60,000 nt of DNA. It comes from Lama glama (taxonomy: Eukaryota). The stretch is taken from the NCBI GenBank assembly GCA_028534125.1, contig CM052818.1, positions 33,916,001 to 33,976,000 of the forward strand. The letters run 5' to 3'. This document shows, in pieces, positions 37,601 through 49,795 of the stretch. Both the position numbers and the translations under genes were made by a program. Every line of letters starts with the position of its first letter. Positions within the stretch are counted from its first letter, which is position 1. The notes below the pieces were generated by a model that was not told where the DNA came from, searched no databases, and saw nothing but the letters and a program-made list of their open reading frames with translations.

Positions 37601-40600
37601 TATCTCAGGAATTTGACAGGGTCTCCAGCTTTTTCTCTTTCCTCATCTCTCCCAGTTTTCCTTTTTCGTCCCAACCCCTTTCCCTTTGTTTCTGATGTGG
37701 TGCCTATGTGTTTCTCGCTTTCCCTGAGTGGGGGCCGTAAGCCTGGGTGGGTGGGGAGTGGGTGAGCAGAAGGGAGGGAAGACTACCCGTCTCACTCCTT
37801 CCTGCGGAGGACTGCAGACGCCAGCAGCTGTGGGGGCTCCAGCCCTGGCCTTGGCATCTCTTCACATACCTTTTAAACTCTGCTTCTGGCCAGTCTCCCC
37901 ATTCTGCATCTCCCTTCTTCCCTGCTCAGTATTATTTGTTGTTTGTTTGTCAGGGGTTTTAGAGGGCCAGAAAACTGTCTTTCCTTCTCTCTAAACAGCA
38001 GGTAGTCGTCCCCCCCCCACCATTCACACAACACACCCACACATCCACAATGAGGCTTCTTTAGTGCCCAGTTAATGCAGAACAAAAGGGAGCAGCCTGT
38101 TGATGGCTGGCTACCTTGATGCCTGGCTGCACTGTGTCTTACAGGGCCTGGAAAAGCATCTTGCCCACTGCCCCAAAGCTACCCACATCTGTTTGCTCTT
38201 CAGACCGGCATCTCTGACTCCCAGCTTATCTTCATTCTCATATGACCATTAGTCACCAAATCCTGCAGTATTTTCTGAAACAGATTCTTCCCTACCTACC
38301 TGCCCCTCCTCTAAAATTCTGTGGAGGGAGCCTATGGCCTGGTCTGTTCTCAACACTTCCATCTCCTCTCCTCTTTTCCTCCCAGACTAGTACATTAGCA
38401 AGGTCATCTGTCCCAGGGCGCAAGAAAGATGAATCATTGTATCTCCCTTTATGTTCATGTGAGCCCATCACTTTCCTCTTCAGCCCTCAGACCTTCTTCT
38501 GGTTTCTCACACTTAAACTCCAAGCTGCTTATCTTATCATTGGCATTCATGCGTCTGGAGCCCCCTTCTCCACCTAGGTCTTATCTTAAACATCGCTCCC
38601 TCTGTGAAGTTCTCCTCATCCCCTTTAGAGTTGGTCACTCCTCCCTTGTGCTCCAAAGTCCTTTGTTCATAGCCCTCCTCGTCCCAGCTTCTCCTTGCAG
38701 AGTAAGTCATTTGTGACACATCTGTCTCTCCCACTAGACTAAGCTTCAGTATGTGTACACTGCCTGATACAGCTCATTGAAGAATAAGGATGGGTTTCAA
38801 AGCCACCCTCATGTCCCATCTCTTCTGGAAACACACCTGGAATCATACACATCCAGATTCTAAGTCTTGAAAGGGAATTCCAAGAAATTTACCTACCTGC
38901 TAGCACATGAATTTTCCCCAGAAGCCCCAAATGTGCCCCTGCCCACCTTTCACCTGAATTCATTCACTTGGCAGAGCTTTCCTCAGCCAGAAGGCCCCAG
39001 GCACCCCTCCCCACTTTACTGCTGTGATCACATTTCTATATGGAGCCTTAATTTTCTCTAAAGGGTATTCTTGTCACACCCTTGTGAGTATTTCTAGGAC
39101 TGTACTTTTCTATTTAGGTCCTTTATGCTGTAGAAGATTCTGTTCTTGCTGGGGTTCAGGTTGGGCAGTAGTAGGGGTGAGAATTAGGCCATAATGGACC
39201 TAAAACTCAGCCAGCCTGAGCTTAGCCTCTAGCATCCCCAGGTGAGGCCCCTAACCCTGTTCATTTGTCAAGGTAGTTTTATGTTATTGCAGTTAAGGTG
39301 GCTTCTGCTGGGTGCTTATGGTCAGACTAAGGTCCAGCTAACACATGGCAGACTCCAAATCTGGTGCTCCTATTGCTACCATCCCCAGCCACAGCAGTCT
39401 GCATTCTCTCCTCCCCATGACAACCCAGCATTGGAATCTGGACACTAGTTCTCTGTGCCAGGAAATTCAGACTTTTGGGGTCTCAACATTCTACTCTTCT
39501 CTTAAAGGGCCACATTCAGCTGCATGTCTAGAGAGGGAATGTGAAGGACCTGTGAATGAAGGCACTTGGAGATAGGTCTGGGAGGGGGCACTGAGGTTAG
39601 GACCACGTGCTGAGCCCCACCCCACACTTTCACACCACCTCCCCTTCATAGTGCCTTCGCCTGGCATGTGTACCTCCCCTTTATCAAAATCCTTCCCATC
39701 CTTCCAGGCCCTTCTCAGGTGCCTCCTTCAGTTGTTTTCTTGATTTCCTCATTAGAGGCAGCATTATTCTTCTATCTGAGCCCTGGTAGCACTTTGTTTT
39801 AACTGCTCTCAGGCAATAGCTAACTTCTGCTACATCCGATGGTATTTAGGTTCACGTTTGTCTTATTCACCAAAGGCTCCAAGAGATCAGAAAGGGTATC
39901 CTGCTCATTTTGTATTCCTGTGATGCCTATCATGAATTCATTTGGCTGGAGTCTAACCTCAGTTCGACCACTAACTAGCTGTGTGGCCTCTATAGGTCCT
40001 CTCCCTCTCTGAGCCTTATACTTCTAATTCTTTAATAAGCGGTAGACTAAGGTGATTTCCACGGGTTCTGTGAAATTCTATGGCTCTGTATATGAAAGGA
40101 AAAGGAGGGCTGGGATCTGAGCTGTCCATTTAGCCCCTCTCTCTCATGTGGCCCTCTGTCAACATAGCTCCTGGGTTTGATCAGGCCTGGGGAGGGAGCA
40201 AGAGGTGGGACATAGGATGAAGCCAGTCTGGGGGACCCAGGACCTGGGAGTGAGGAGCAGGTTTGCCTGTGAACCAGGCCCCAGGTTCAAATGTGTTGCC
40301 TGCTTCAGTCTCTTCACAGAGCCCTCAGAGGCCCTCCCTGAAGAGCCCAAACCTGTGGAGATGTCCTTCCACCACTGCCACAGGGACCCCCAGCCACAGC
40401 CGGGTCTCACCCCTGAGAGGCTGCAGGCGCAGAGGCAGCTGTGTGCCGCCTGTGCTGTGTGCTGCATCTTCATGGCCGGGGAGGTGGTGGGTAAGTTGGA
40501 CAGCAGCTCCTCCAACCTCATCCTCCAGACTCCTGCCTAGGCCACTTTCCACCCAGAGTCCCAGGGATGTTCCTGGGTAGAGGTGCAGAGAAGATGGGGG

Positions 40601-43600
40601 TGGCTGGGATGGGGGAGCTGAGTGCCCAGGACTCAGGGTGAGGGGACAGTACCAGTGGGATTCAGAGCAAGGTCTGGGGCCAGGGCTGGCTTCTCAGTAG
40701 TAACTGGTCTTTTAAACAACCCTACTTTCCTGTTATGAAAATATGTTATAAAAACACTAGAAAATGTGAATAAGTGAAAAGAAGACAATGGAAACTCCAT
40801 GTAATTCCATTACCGGAGAAAAGTTGTAGTTCACATTTTGGCATATGTCCCCTCGACCTCTTTTCCGAGCCTCTACACACGCTGCATATTTGCTGAATGG
40901 ACCAGAGTGTACCTCTCTTTGCCCTTGCAGGTGGGTATTTGGCCCACAGCCTGGCCATCATGACTGATGCCGCCCACCTGTTGGCAGACGTGGGCAGCAT
41001 GATGGGCAGCCTCTTCTCTCTCTGGCTCTCTACCCGTCCGGCCACCCGCACCATGACCTTTGGCTGGCACCGCTCAGGTAAGGCCCTTCCAATCTTCCAG
41101 TGGCCTGATGACCCTCCAGTCTTGGTGCCTCTCAGGGTCCTGGGCAGGTCTCTGATGGCTTGTCTCCCCCTACAGAGACTTTGGGGGCTTTGGCCTCTGT
41201 GGTCTCCCTTTGGATGGTCACTGGCATCCTTCTGTACCTGGCCTTCATCCGCCTGCTGCACAGCGACTACCACATCGAGGGGGGTGCCATGCTGCTGACC
41301 GCCAGCATCGCAGTCTGTGCCAATCTGCTGTACGTTCCAGTGTGGAGCAGGCACCATGTGGGATTCAGGGCGAGGGGTCCTCCTCCAGGGTGGGAGAGCT
41401 GGCTCTCCCCTCCCGACACACCTGCAGCACGCACACACAGTTCTCATCTGTCTGCCCTGAGGGGTGCCTGAGAAGGGACTGGGGTAGAGGCCTAAAATTC
41501 AGAGTCAGCAGAACTTTATTGAAGGCCATGGTGCTGGGGCTGTCATCAGTATTGTCTCATTTAAAACTCGCAACCACTCCACGAGGTAGGTACTATCACT
41601 CCTAGTACGTAGTTAATGACATAGATCCTGAGAGGTGACCAGGTGACTTCCCCAGGGCAGACAGCTATTTCAGCAGCAGGGCCAGGATCTGAACTCACAT
41701 CTCTGGCACCAAGTCCAGTATTCATGCCCCCGTGTTGCACTATTTGTCTCTCTTGGGCAGTATTAGCTTTTTCCTAGGGCTGGGAAAATAGGGAGAAAAT
41801 AGGTGGAGAAAGGGCTCCTGGGTAGGTGAGAGGAGGAGGCGTGGAAACAGGCAGAGGAGGAGGCGTGGAAACAGGCAGAGGAGGCTGTGAGCAGGCGGCC
41901 TGGGCTGAGCTGCTCTGCTTCCCCCTCAGAATGGCCTTTGTGCTGCACCAGGCTGGCCCCCCCCACAGCCACGGGTCTAGAGGGGCAGAGTATGCGCCGC
42001 TGGAGGAAGGGCCCGGGGAGACTCTGCCCCTGGGGAACACCAGCGTCCGGGCAGCCTTTGTGCATGTGCTGGGGGACCTCCTGCAGAGCCTTGGGGTGCT
42101 GGCTGCCTCCGTCCTCATCTACTTCAAGGTACCGTCTGTGCAAGCCTACCCCAGCCTTTCTCCCCCAACTCTACACCCCGGCCCTCCTTTCCCGGACCCC
42201 CAGCCTTCCTCCTCCCACTCCAGCTTCCTGCTCCCCAGGACTCCTGGCCCAGGGTTATGGTCCCTTTACCATTCCCAAGCAGGGTCCTCAGGGGCCTCTC
42301 AGGGCCTGTTTGTCCAGGATGCCCCTAGACCTTCCTCTGAAAGTCCCCGATTCCCAGGCTTAGGGCTTTCTTTCTCTACAGCCTCAATACAAGGCAGCTG
42401 ACCCCATCAGCACCTTCCTTTTCTCCATCTGTGCCCTTGGATCCACGGCTCCCACCCTCCGAGATGTTCTCCGTGTCCTCATGGAAGGTGAATCAGATAC
42501 CACTTCTCCCCACCCCCGGGGCCCTCTCTGACCTCACTCCAGCAGTAGGCACCCCTCTTTTCTCTGAAGAGAGTGTGAGAAGAAGGCTTGTTGCTGGAAG
42601 GAGGATTCAGGGATGGGGGCATCAATAGCGAGAGCGGTATAGGATGGGGCAGGTGGGGTCCTGGCCTCCGGGCAGGAGTGGCCCTTGCAGTAAGTCGTGG
42701 CGGTGCTGCTTGCAGGTACCCCCCGAAGTGTGGGGTTTGAGTCCGTGCGGGATTCCCTGTTGTCAGTGCCAGGAGTCCGGGCAACCCATGAGCTGCACCT
42801 GTGGTCCCTTACGCTTACTTATCACGTTGCCTCCGCACACCTGGCCATTGGTGAGTCTGCACTGGCCCCAGCCAGTGATTTCCTAGGAACATTTTTCCCT
42901 TCCCCTTCCCCCCTTCAAACATAGTAACATGGTCTGAATTACTGGGATTGTTTTCATCTCTCCACCTTTCTTAATCTCTGTCTCTGTCTCTTGTATCTCT
43001 CTCTCTCATGCATGTTGGAGGCAAGGAGCCCTGGACAGGGTATTCTGGGAGAGGTTTCACCCTCTCTGAAGGGGCGCAGGGAACCAGCAACCCTCTAAAA
43101 CGTCACTAGTACCTACAGGTCTGGTGATGGGGCAAAATTAGGCAAATTATGGCTCCTCCACTTGGTGCAGCATCTTGTAACTATTAAAAATGATGATTAT
43201 GAAGACTGTATGGCAACTAGGAAAAATGTTTATGGTATAATGCTAAGAGAAAAAAGCTGAATATAAAATTATAGCTACATTATGATTCAACTATTTAAAA
43301 TATATATGGTGACTCACAAGCTGACAAAGGATTTTTGAGTTTCTTCCAGATGCAAGAAGCAATCAGAGACATGCAATTTGGATGCCAAAAATATTATGCT
43401 TTGTAGAATATTTGATGATAACTCTAGAGGGACAATGGGACAGAATATTTAACATCTGGATTGTCCTGGAAAATCAGGGGTATGGCTGCTGAAACACACA
43501 GCTGTGTATTGATACTCAAAGAGCAGAAGAGAATAGAAAAATAAGAACAGTTTAGTGTGTTAGCCTGATTAGGGCTGAGTCTCTTCAACCTTTTCTTGGA

Positions 43601-43914
43601 CCGTTATATACTGTTCATATAATACAGAAAGAAAATAAAGCTCTTCGTTCAATCCGGCTTTCATGCCCTGCAAACCCCTGGGTCCCCCTTCACTCGTCCT
43701 TATCTGGACCCCGCCTGCTTCCCGACTCCCCTGGGAACCTGCTTCTTCTTATCACTCCCCCGCAGACTCCACGGCTGACCCTGAAGCTGTCCTGGCTGAA
43801 GCCACATCCCGGCTCCACTCCCGGTTTGGATTCTCCAGCTGTACCCTGCAGGTCGAGCAGTACCAGCCCGAGATGGCCCAGTGCCTGCGCTGCCGGGAGC
43901 CTCCCCAAGCCTGA
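36687..43914 (+). CDS. SLC30A3: Zinc transporter 3 (ZnT3), 388 aa; exons 36687-36781, 40309-40490, 40931-41077, 41176-41329, 41930-42128, 42382-42487, 42716-42850, 43766-43914
   Basis: [16 protein letters not shown].. start, N-terminal HHCH motif, CDF zinc site HLLAD (TM2) and HVLGD (TM5), HSH loop, C-terminus [11 protein letters not shown]. Exon lengths sum to 1167 nt with canonical splice sites. Confidence 0.97.
41829..41876. repeat. Exact 24-bp tandem duplication
   Basis: AGAGGAGGAGGCGTGGAAACAGGC twice. Confidence 0.95.
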
Positions 43915-44560
43915 GGCCCAGCCCCATCCCCACTCCAGTGCCAGGCCCAGACTCAGCCCTGGACTCTCAGCACCTGCCTCCCTGCTCATGGACAAGTAAT
44001 GGAGTTGGGCCCATGCCCCTTCCTCTCTCCTCGCTTCCACCTGTCAACCCCTCAGCCCCAGTGGGCAAGACCAAAGTGTGTGTGGGGAGTGGGGCCGGAG
44101 TCAGGCCAAACAGGGAAATCAGTGCAGTGGGGATGTGTAGAAGTCCTGTGGTCCCCACTCCCCACGGTCTGGGGAGCCCCCAGCCTTCTTTCCAGGCAGT
44201 TCATTTGTCTCTGTGGCTGGCTGGCTGGGGGCATCTGCCTGTCTGTGTGCTGTTGGTGTGCCTGTGCCTGGGGGAGGTCAGCAGGGGCCCCCTCCCCGTG
44301 TGGCCCTCGCTCTGTCTATGCAGGAGCCCCAAAGCCCGCACTTTGTCCATGTGTTCTAGCCCTGTGGTTTTGTCTGTGCCTGTGTGTGTGCATTTCTTGG
44401 TGCTGTGGCCTGTGTGTCTCTGTGCCTCTATGGCTGTGCTGTGGTCTCTATGAGTCTGCACCATCCATGTGTCCGTCTGAGGGTCTGTCTGTCCATCCCT
44501 CTGTTGGTGCTGTGTCCTCAGCTCTCCCTGAGAAAGGGAGGACTCCGCCGTAGCTCTGCC

Positions 44561-44566
44561 AATAAA
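44561..44566 (+). terminator. SLC30A3: SLC30A3 polyadenylation signal
   Basis: First AATAAA after the stop (about 650 nt 3' UTR). Confidence 0.85.
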
Positions 44567-46554
44567 CTTGTGTCTAAATGCATCTTTCAGCCTCTGTGCT
44601 GACTGCTTAGGAGGGGGAAATAGAGTTGGTCATCTGCGAAGTGTTGGAATTCCTCAGCCAGAATGACTTTCCATGACTCTCCTACCCCATTCCCAGTCCC
44701 TCCATCCTCTCCTCCCTCAAATATCCATCCTGATGTAGTTGAAAACCTCCAGTCCCTTTACTACCTTCCACTATTTCACAGTGTGCTTGAACTTGGGTTC
44801 TTGGCTCAGGGAGATGCCCATGTGTTCTGGGTTTGGTTGCCAGAGAAAGCTGGATGGCAGGGAGCCAAGGGATCCTGGAGAGTCATTCCAAAAGGCTCCT
44901 GCAGGCCAGAGTGGCCGTGGGCTGGTTGGACGGAAGCTCCCCCTTCGGGGGAGAGTGATTGGACCACAGTGCTTATTTGGCTTTGTTCTCAAGCTTTGTG
45001 AGGCACCGGGGGGAGTGGCCCTCAATCCTGACTGCCCCAACCCTGGCTCACAACATCCAACTGCAAGTCCAGGATTAGGCTGTGGACACCAAGGTCCTCT
45101 TTTTACAGTTACTCCCCCCTTTGCCTTAAGAATTGTATCTTTTGACAGATTTGACCTTACACACCAGTCTCATAAAGGGATTTCTCATCTGCTCTTTGGA
45201 AAAAAAAATCAAACTCTTTGTGCTTTATTTTGGATCTAGTGCTCTGGATTAGCAGGAGTCCACTGGCCTTCCTACCCTAGGTTGATATAATTCCAGCCTG
45301 AAGCAAAGACATGGAGTGTTTTTATTAGCCCATGCATGTTTCTGCAAGGCTTCTCCCACCACAGTGGGAAATATCTTTATTATTAAATTATCTTCGTTTT
45401 TTTAAATTATAAAATCTTGCTTTAAGAGCCTATCAGAGGAAAGTATATAAAATAGAAAGTGAATGTTTCCCCTCTAAAAGATTTTATTCCTAGAGATAAC
45501 TGCTATTCACAGTTTGGAGTCTCTCAGCCCGTATTTTCCTGTGTGCACAAACACTTCTACATAATAACAAAGAGATCACTTTATATCCGAGATCATGTAA
45601 CCTGCTTTTATGGTACAGCCGTACATCCCGGATGCATCCTTCCTGGTCAATACCCATAGATTTCATTACTTGTTTTAAGGTGAGGCTTTTGGACTCGTTG
45701 AAAATAGGCCTCCCCATTCTGATCTCCAGCTGGCCCAGGCTGGGTGCATCACTGCTGGCCTGCTGGCCTGAGTCGGGCATGAGAGGCTGGCCCAGGCGCA
45801 GGGCTAGCAGTCCGTCACACGCAGCGCCAAGGCTGCCCCAGCTGCTCTCCATGCTTTGCTAGTTCCCGATACTTTCTCATTTTACGACTCATTGATTACA
45901 GGCCCCAAGTGGCAGGATGGGGGTGGGGAAGAGTGAGGAAATGGAGAGTCGGGAAGTGAAGACTAGATTTTCACCCCATGAATGGCCTTAAGCTGCAGCC
46001 CTGCCCTGTATGCTGGCTCCCTCTGCAGCATCGGAGGGAACAGAATGTTCAGGGCAAAAAGAGATCTCACAAAGCATGCTGTCCCTCTCTGCCCCCTTCC
46101 CTGAAAGATGAGGATGAGGATGCTGAGGCTCAGAGAGGGAAAAGGACTTCCCCCAAGGTCACCCAGCAAATGACAGGGGCAGGTGCAGAGCCTGGGCTCT
46201 CACTCCCACTCAGGCCCCTCGGAAGCTCTTGCCCAGTTGAGTTTCTCAGCAAACCTTGTCTCACCTCCTTCCCAGCAACTTGCAGCCAGTGGCTCCCTGA
46301 TCCTGGGGCTCTGTGCTCAGGCTCCTTGGTTCTGTGTTGGTTCTTCTACTAATGCTCTGGTCCTTGGTACTCTCTCTGCGTCCCAGCTTTTCTATTATAG
46401 AAAGTGGGGCTACATGATATTGTGGGTGTGAATGTGCCTGGTGTAGAGAGGGCACGTAGGGAAGGGTTACATTTTGGGTGGAATCTAGGATGTGGGGGAA
46501 GAGAGTTCAGGGAAACAGGGTTGTCCAGCACCCTGACAGCAGGGCCGGAGCCGA

Positions 46555-46705
46555 CATTTATTGAGCTTATACTTGGTGCCCGGCGCTGTGAGGCAGATAG
46601 TATTGTCTGCGCTTTACAGATGGAGAAACTGAGGTTTACCTGCCCAAGATCATGCAGCTAGTAACTGTCAGAGTTGAGATTCAAACTCAGTTCTGGCTGC
46701 ACTAA
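46555..46705 (-). mobile_element. MIR SINE
   Basis: TTTACAGATGGAGAAACTGAGGTT..TGCCCAAGATCATGCAGCTAGTAAC..GATTCAAACTCAG. Confidence 0.8.
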
Positions 46706-47386
46706 GTCCCCAGCCCTTTGCCTCCCCACCCCGCTTTTCCACCCGACTCCAGGCCTTGCTCTGTCAGGGACAGGGAAGGACAGAAGAATCAGGAGCATTC
46801 TCCTCCATTCACGGGGCACTCCCGAGGGAGTCCAGGAAATCCTTATCTGCATGAGCTGCCTGCACAGCTCTGTTATCTCCCCAGCCCACCTCTCCCCTTG
46901 CTTATCCAGAAGCCCCTTTCCTCCTGGTGTCCTTCCTTGATGATAAAATAAGTGGTGGAGGGAGAGGTGAGGAGAAAGGGCAGGGAAGTGGGCGGGGAGA
47001 GGGGTGACAAAGGGGAGGCCTGAGGAAGAGCAGAGCAGGGGAAGGACCCATCCATCAGCCCAGCCCTGGCAGCTCTTCACACAGCTGGTTAACCAGGAGA
47101 GGATCGCCCAGAGAAAAGGGAGAGCCAGAGGAGGATGAGGTGGACAGGAGGAAGGGCTCAGAGTGCAGCTGTAGGAGTGTTTGAGAGAAATTGAGGAGCC
47201 GGATGGAAAAGCCAGCAGAGGAGGCTGTAGATTGGAGGGGCCTCGTGCTGCAGACACAGGGCGGGGAGTGGGGGAAGGGAGAAGTGGGGAGGGAATAGGG
47301 CAGCTGGGCAGGCCCTGCCCCCCTCACAGAGCTGCTCACCTAGGGGCCTGCCTGGCCGGCTGGCCAGGGACGGAGCCCGCACCTTC

Positions 47387-47425
47387 CTGTGAGGGCTGTG
47401 AGGGCTGTGAGGGCTGTGAGGGCTG
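47387..47425. repeat. 9-bp tandem repeat (CTGTGAGGG)x4
   Basis: Four perfect units followed by CTG. Confidence 0.95.
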
Positions 47426-48281
47426 AGGACCCAGTGGATGAGGGGATCAGCCTGTCTGGGGTCAAGAGCAAGTTCAGAATGATAAGGCAGTGTCCTCCCC
47501 CCTCCAGCGATGCTGCCACCACTCCTTCGGCGACTTCTGTGAGCTGTAGGCCCAACCTGACTGCCTTGAGCCACGCCGTCAGAGGTGGAGCAGTGACCTC
47601 CTGAGGCCGCCGCTGTGCTTGCAGCCCAGACAGCCAGAAAGGCTGTGGGAGACTCTCAGGACCTAAGTCAGGCTGGGAAGACCTCTGTCCCTCTTCTTGA
47701 CAGATTCCCCCACTCTGTGGAGAACTGCATCTAGGGAGTTTCCTTTATGCTTGAAGGACTCCTTCTCCCCAGCTCTGGGAGCTCCCTGGGCCTCCCTGCC
47801 CCGCTCTGAGCCCCTGGGCCGTCTCAGCAGCACCTGGTCAACACCTTCCCAAGGGCGCTGGGCAGTTTACAGGCATCTGTGGGACAGAACCTGAGGCTGT
47901 ACATGCAGCTGTGATCACAAATGGTCCCACAAAGTGGGCCCTGTTGCCAGGACTGGCCAGAGAAAGTGGGTGGGGAGCATGGTGAGGCAGCGAGCCCAGG
48001 GTTGCCAGAGCCTATGTCCCTCTGCTGCAGCCCCACTCCCCACCCTCCTTCTGACCCAGCCTCCCTCATCTGCTCACTGGCTACAGCATCCTGAAGCCCC
48101 AGGAAGTAACCCCTACCTGGCCTGGGTGAAACTCATTCAGAGGACAGGTCTCCTTGTGTCTAGGATGACCCTCTGTGCTGGCCACCAGTCTAGAGGCCGT
48201 TGTGGCCACCATGGGAAGGGCACAGCTCATCCCAGTCATGAGCTATTTCTGCCTCTCCTGCACCAGAACTCCCACCCTCTC

Positions 48282-48768
48282 TGTTACCGAGTCCAAGCTT
48301 GCTCTGTTTGAGACACAACAAGACAATAAGTTGAGAGACAAGTTGTTGGGGCAAGGAATAGTAATTTTATTCAGAAAGCTGGCAGATCGAGAAGATGGTG
48401 GACTCGGGTTCCAAACAACCATCTTACTGGAGTTAGATCCAGATTTCTTTTATACTAAAAGGGGAGGGGGTTGTGGTTGGTTGTTGCAAACCTCCTGGTG
48501 CCACAGTCCTTTGTTCTTTCAGGTCTGGTCACAATGTTCCTGTAAACCTCCAACAAGACAAATGTTATTCTCTGTTCTGTACCTTTTTGTCTCTATATGA
48601 ATGGAAAAGTCTTAATTTCTTTAAAGGTTAGAGCCTTGAGAATGGGCTATCCTGTATATTTCAGGCTATAGGCAACATTCTTAACTTGTAGCAAAAGCAA
48701 TAGAATATAAAGGTTAAAGTAAAAGAAACAGAACCAATATGGAGTCAGATTTGTTCTTCCCTATAACA
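48282..48768 (-). mobile_element. Endogenous retrovirus solo LTR (ERV1-like)
   Basis: Bounded by TGTTA...TAACA inverted termini; AATAAA on the - strand near the left end; flanks TCTC/CCTC resemble a 4-bp TSD. Confidence 0.75.
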
Positions 48769-49795
48769 CCTCTGGAAGACTTTATGGTCAATTCCTAAGT
48801 GGATGCCTCACAATTGGAGAGGAAGAAAGTGCAGCCAAGGTCAGCCTCCCCTGTCCTAGCCTAGAGCTATCTCCTAGGGAAGGCTGCAGCCTCCTTGTAC
48901 AGAACAGTTTCCATTCTTAAAAGAAAACAAAATCTTCCTGGAATAGAACAGGAAAGCTTTGAGTAGGTGGGTCTCCAGGTGCCCCCCTTCTGAGTTTTCA
49001 TCTATGTTTGGTGCTGTGCTCATGGCACCTGGTCCCAGGATTTACTGCCTAAATTTCTTTCTGACCCGAACAGCCTGAACATCTGATTTCATTCTCTTGT
49101 TCCCTTTGGCTCAACTGAGATAGGCTATAAATTTAAAAAGGACTGTTGCCAAAGGCCTAGGGAGAATCAAAAGGGAACCAAACCAAGGAAATAAAAGACA
49201 GCTAAAGCTTACCAAAATAAGCAGGTTTCAGATGTTGTAATAGCAAACTTGCTCTTCCCTGACCATGGAGTCTGCCCAGACATCACCTCCTGGCTCCCTG
49301 CCATCCGCCCACCTGCTGCACCAGACCCGGTCACACAGGACTTCTGGGAGGCGTAGCGAGGGGGTGAGGTTGCCCTGCAGATCACATGGCCCTTGAGGGA
49401 AGGCACCGTTTCCCTCATGTTTGTCTCCCCGGTGACCAGCTCACAGCCTGGCACTTAGGTGACTCTCAGTAATGACTGCTGGCGAAGGAATGGAAAGAAT
49501 GAAAAGACATTGAAGGAATGGATGTGGGGTCAATACAAAGCCCATAAAGTGTCCTTTAGTCCCTAGGCTCCCACCCATGGGCCAACAAGCCAGTGCTTTA
49601 TAGGCTGACTCCCCAGGGCAAATCTGCAGCACCATTTGGTGGTGACTAGTTAGGTACCTGTCAAGGAGGAAGTAATTGATATTTCTAGGGCCCTCCAGGG
49701 TGGGTGACGTGCTGAGACCCTGCCCTGGATGTTGCCTCCCCAACTCTACCGCAAACTCACCATTTCTAGCTTCCCCTTGAGTCCTGCTTGGTGAC

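Noticed and set aside
43881..44553. Cys/Val-rich ORFs after SLC30A3
   Set aside because: By-product of the TG-rich 3' UTR.
47387..47425. Short direct repeats as a CRISPR-like array
   Set aside because: No spacers and a eukaryotic context; it is a simple tandem repeat.
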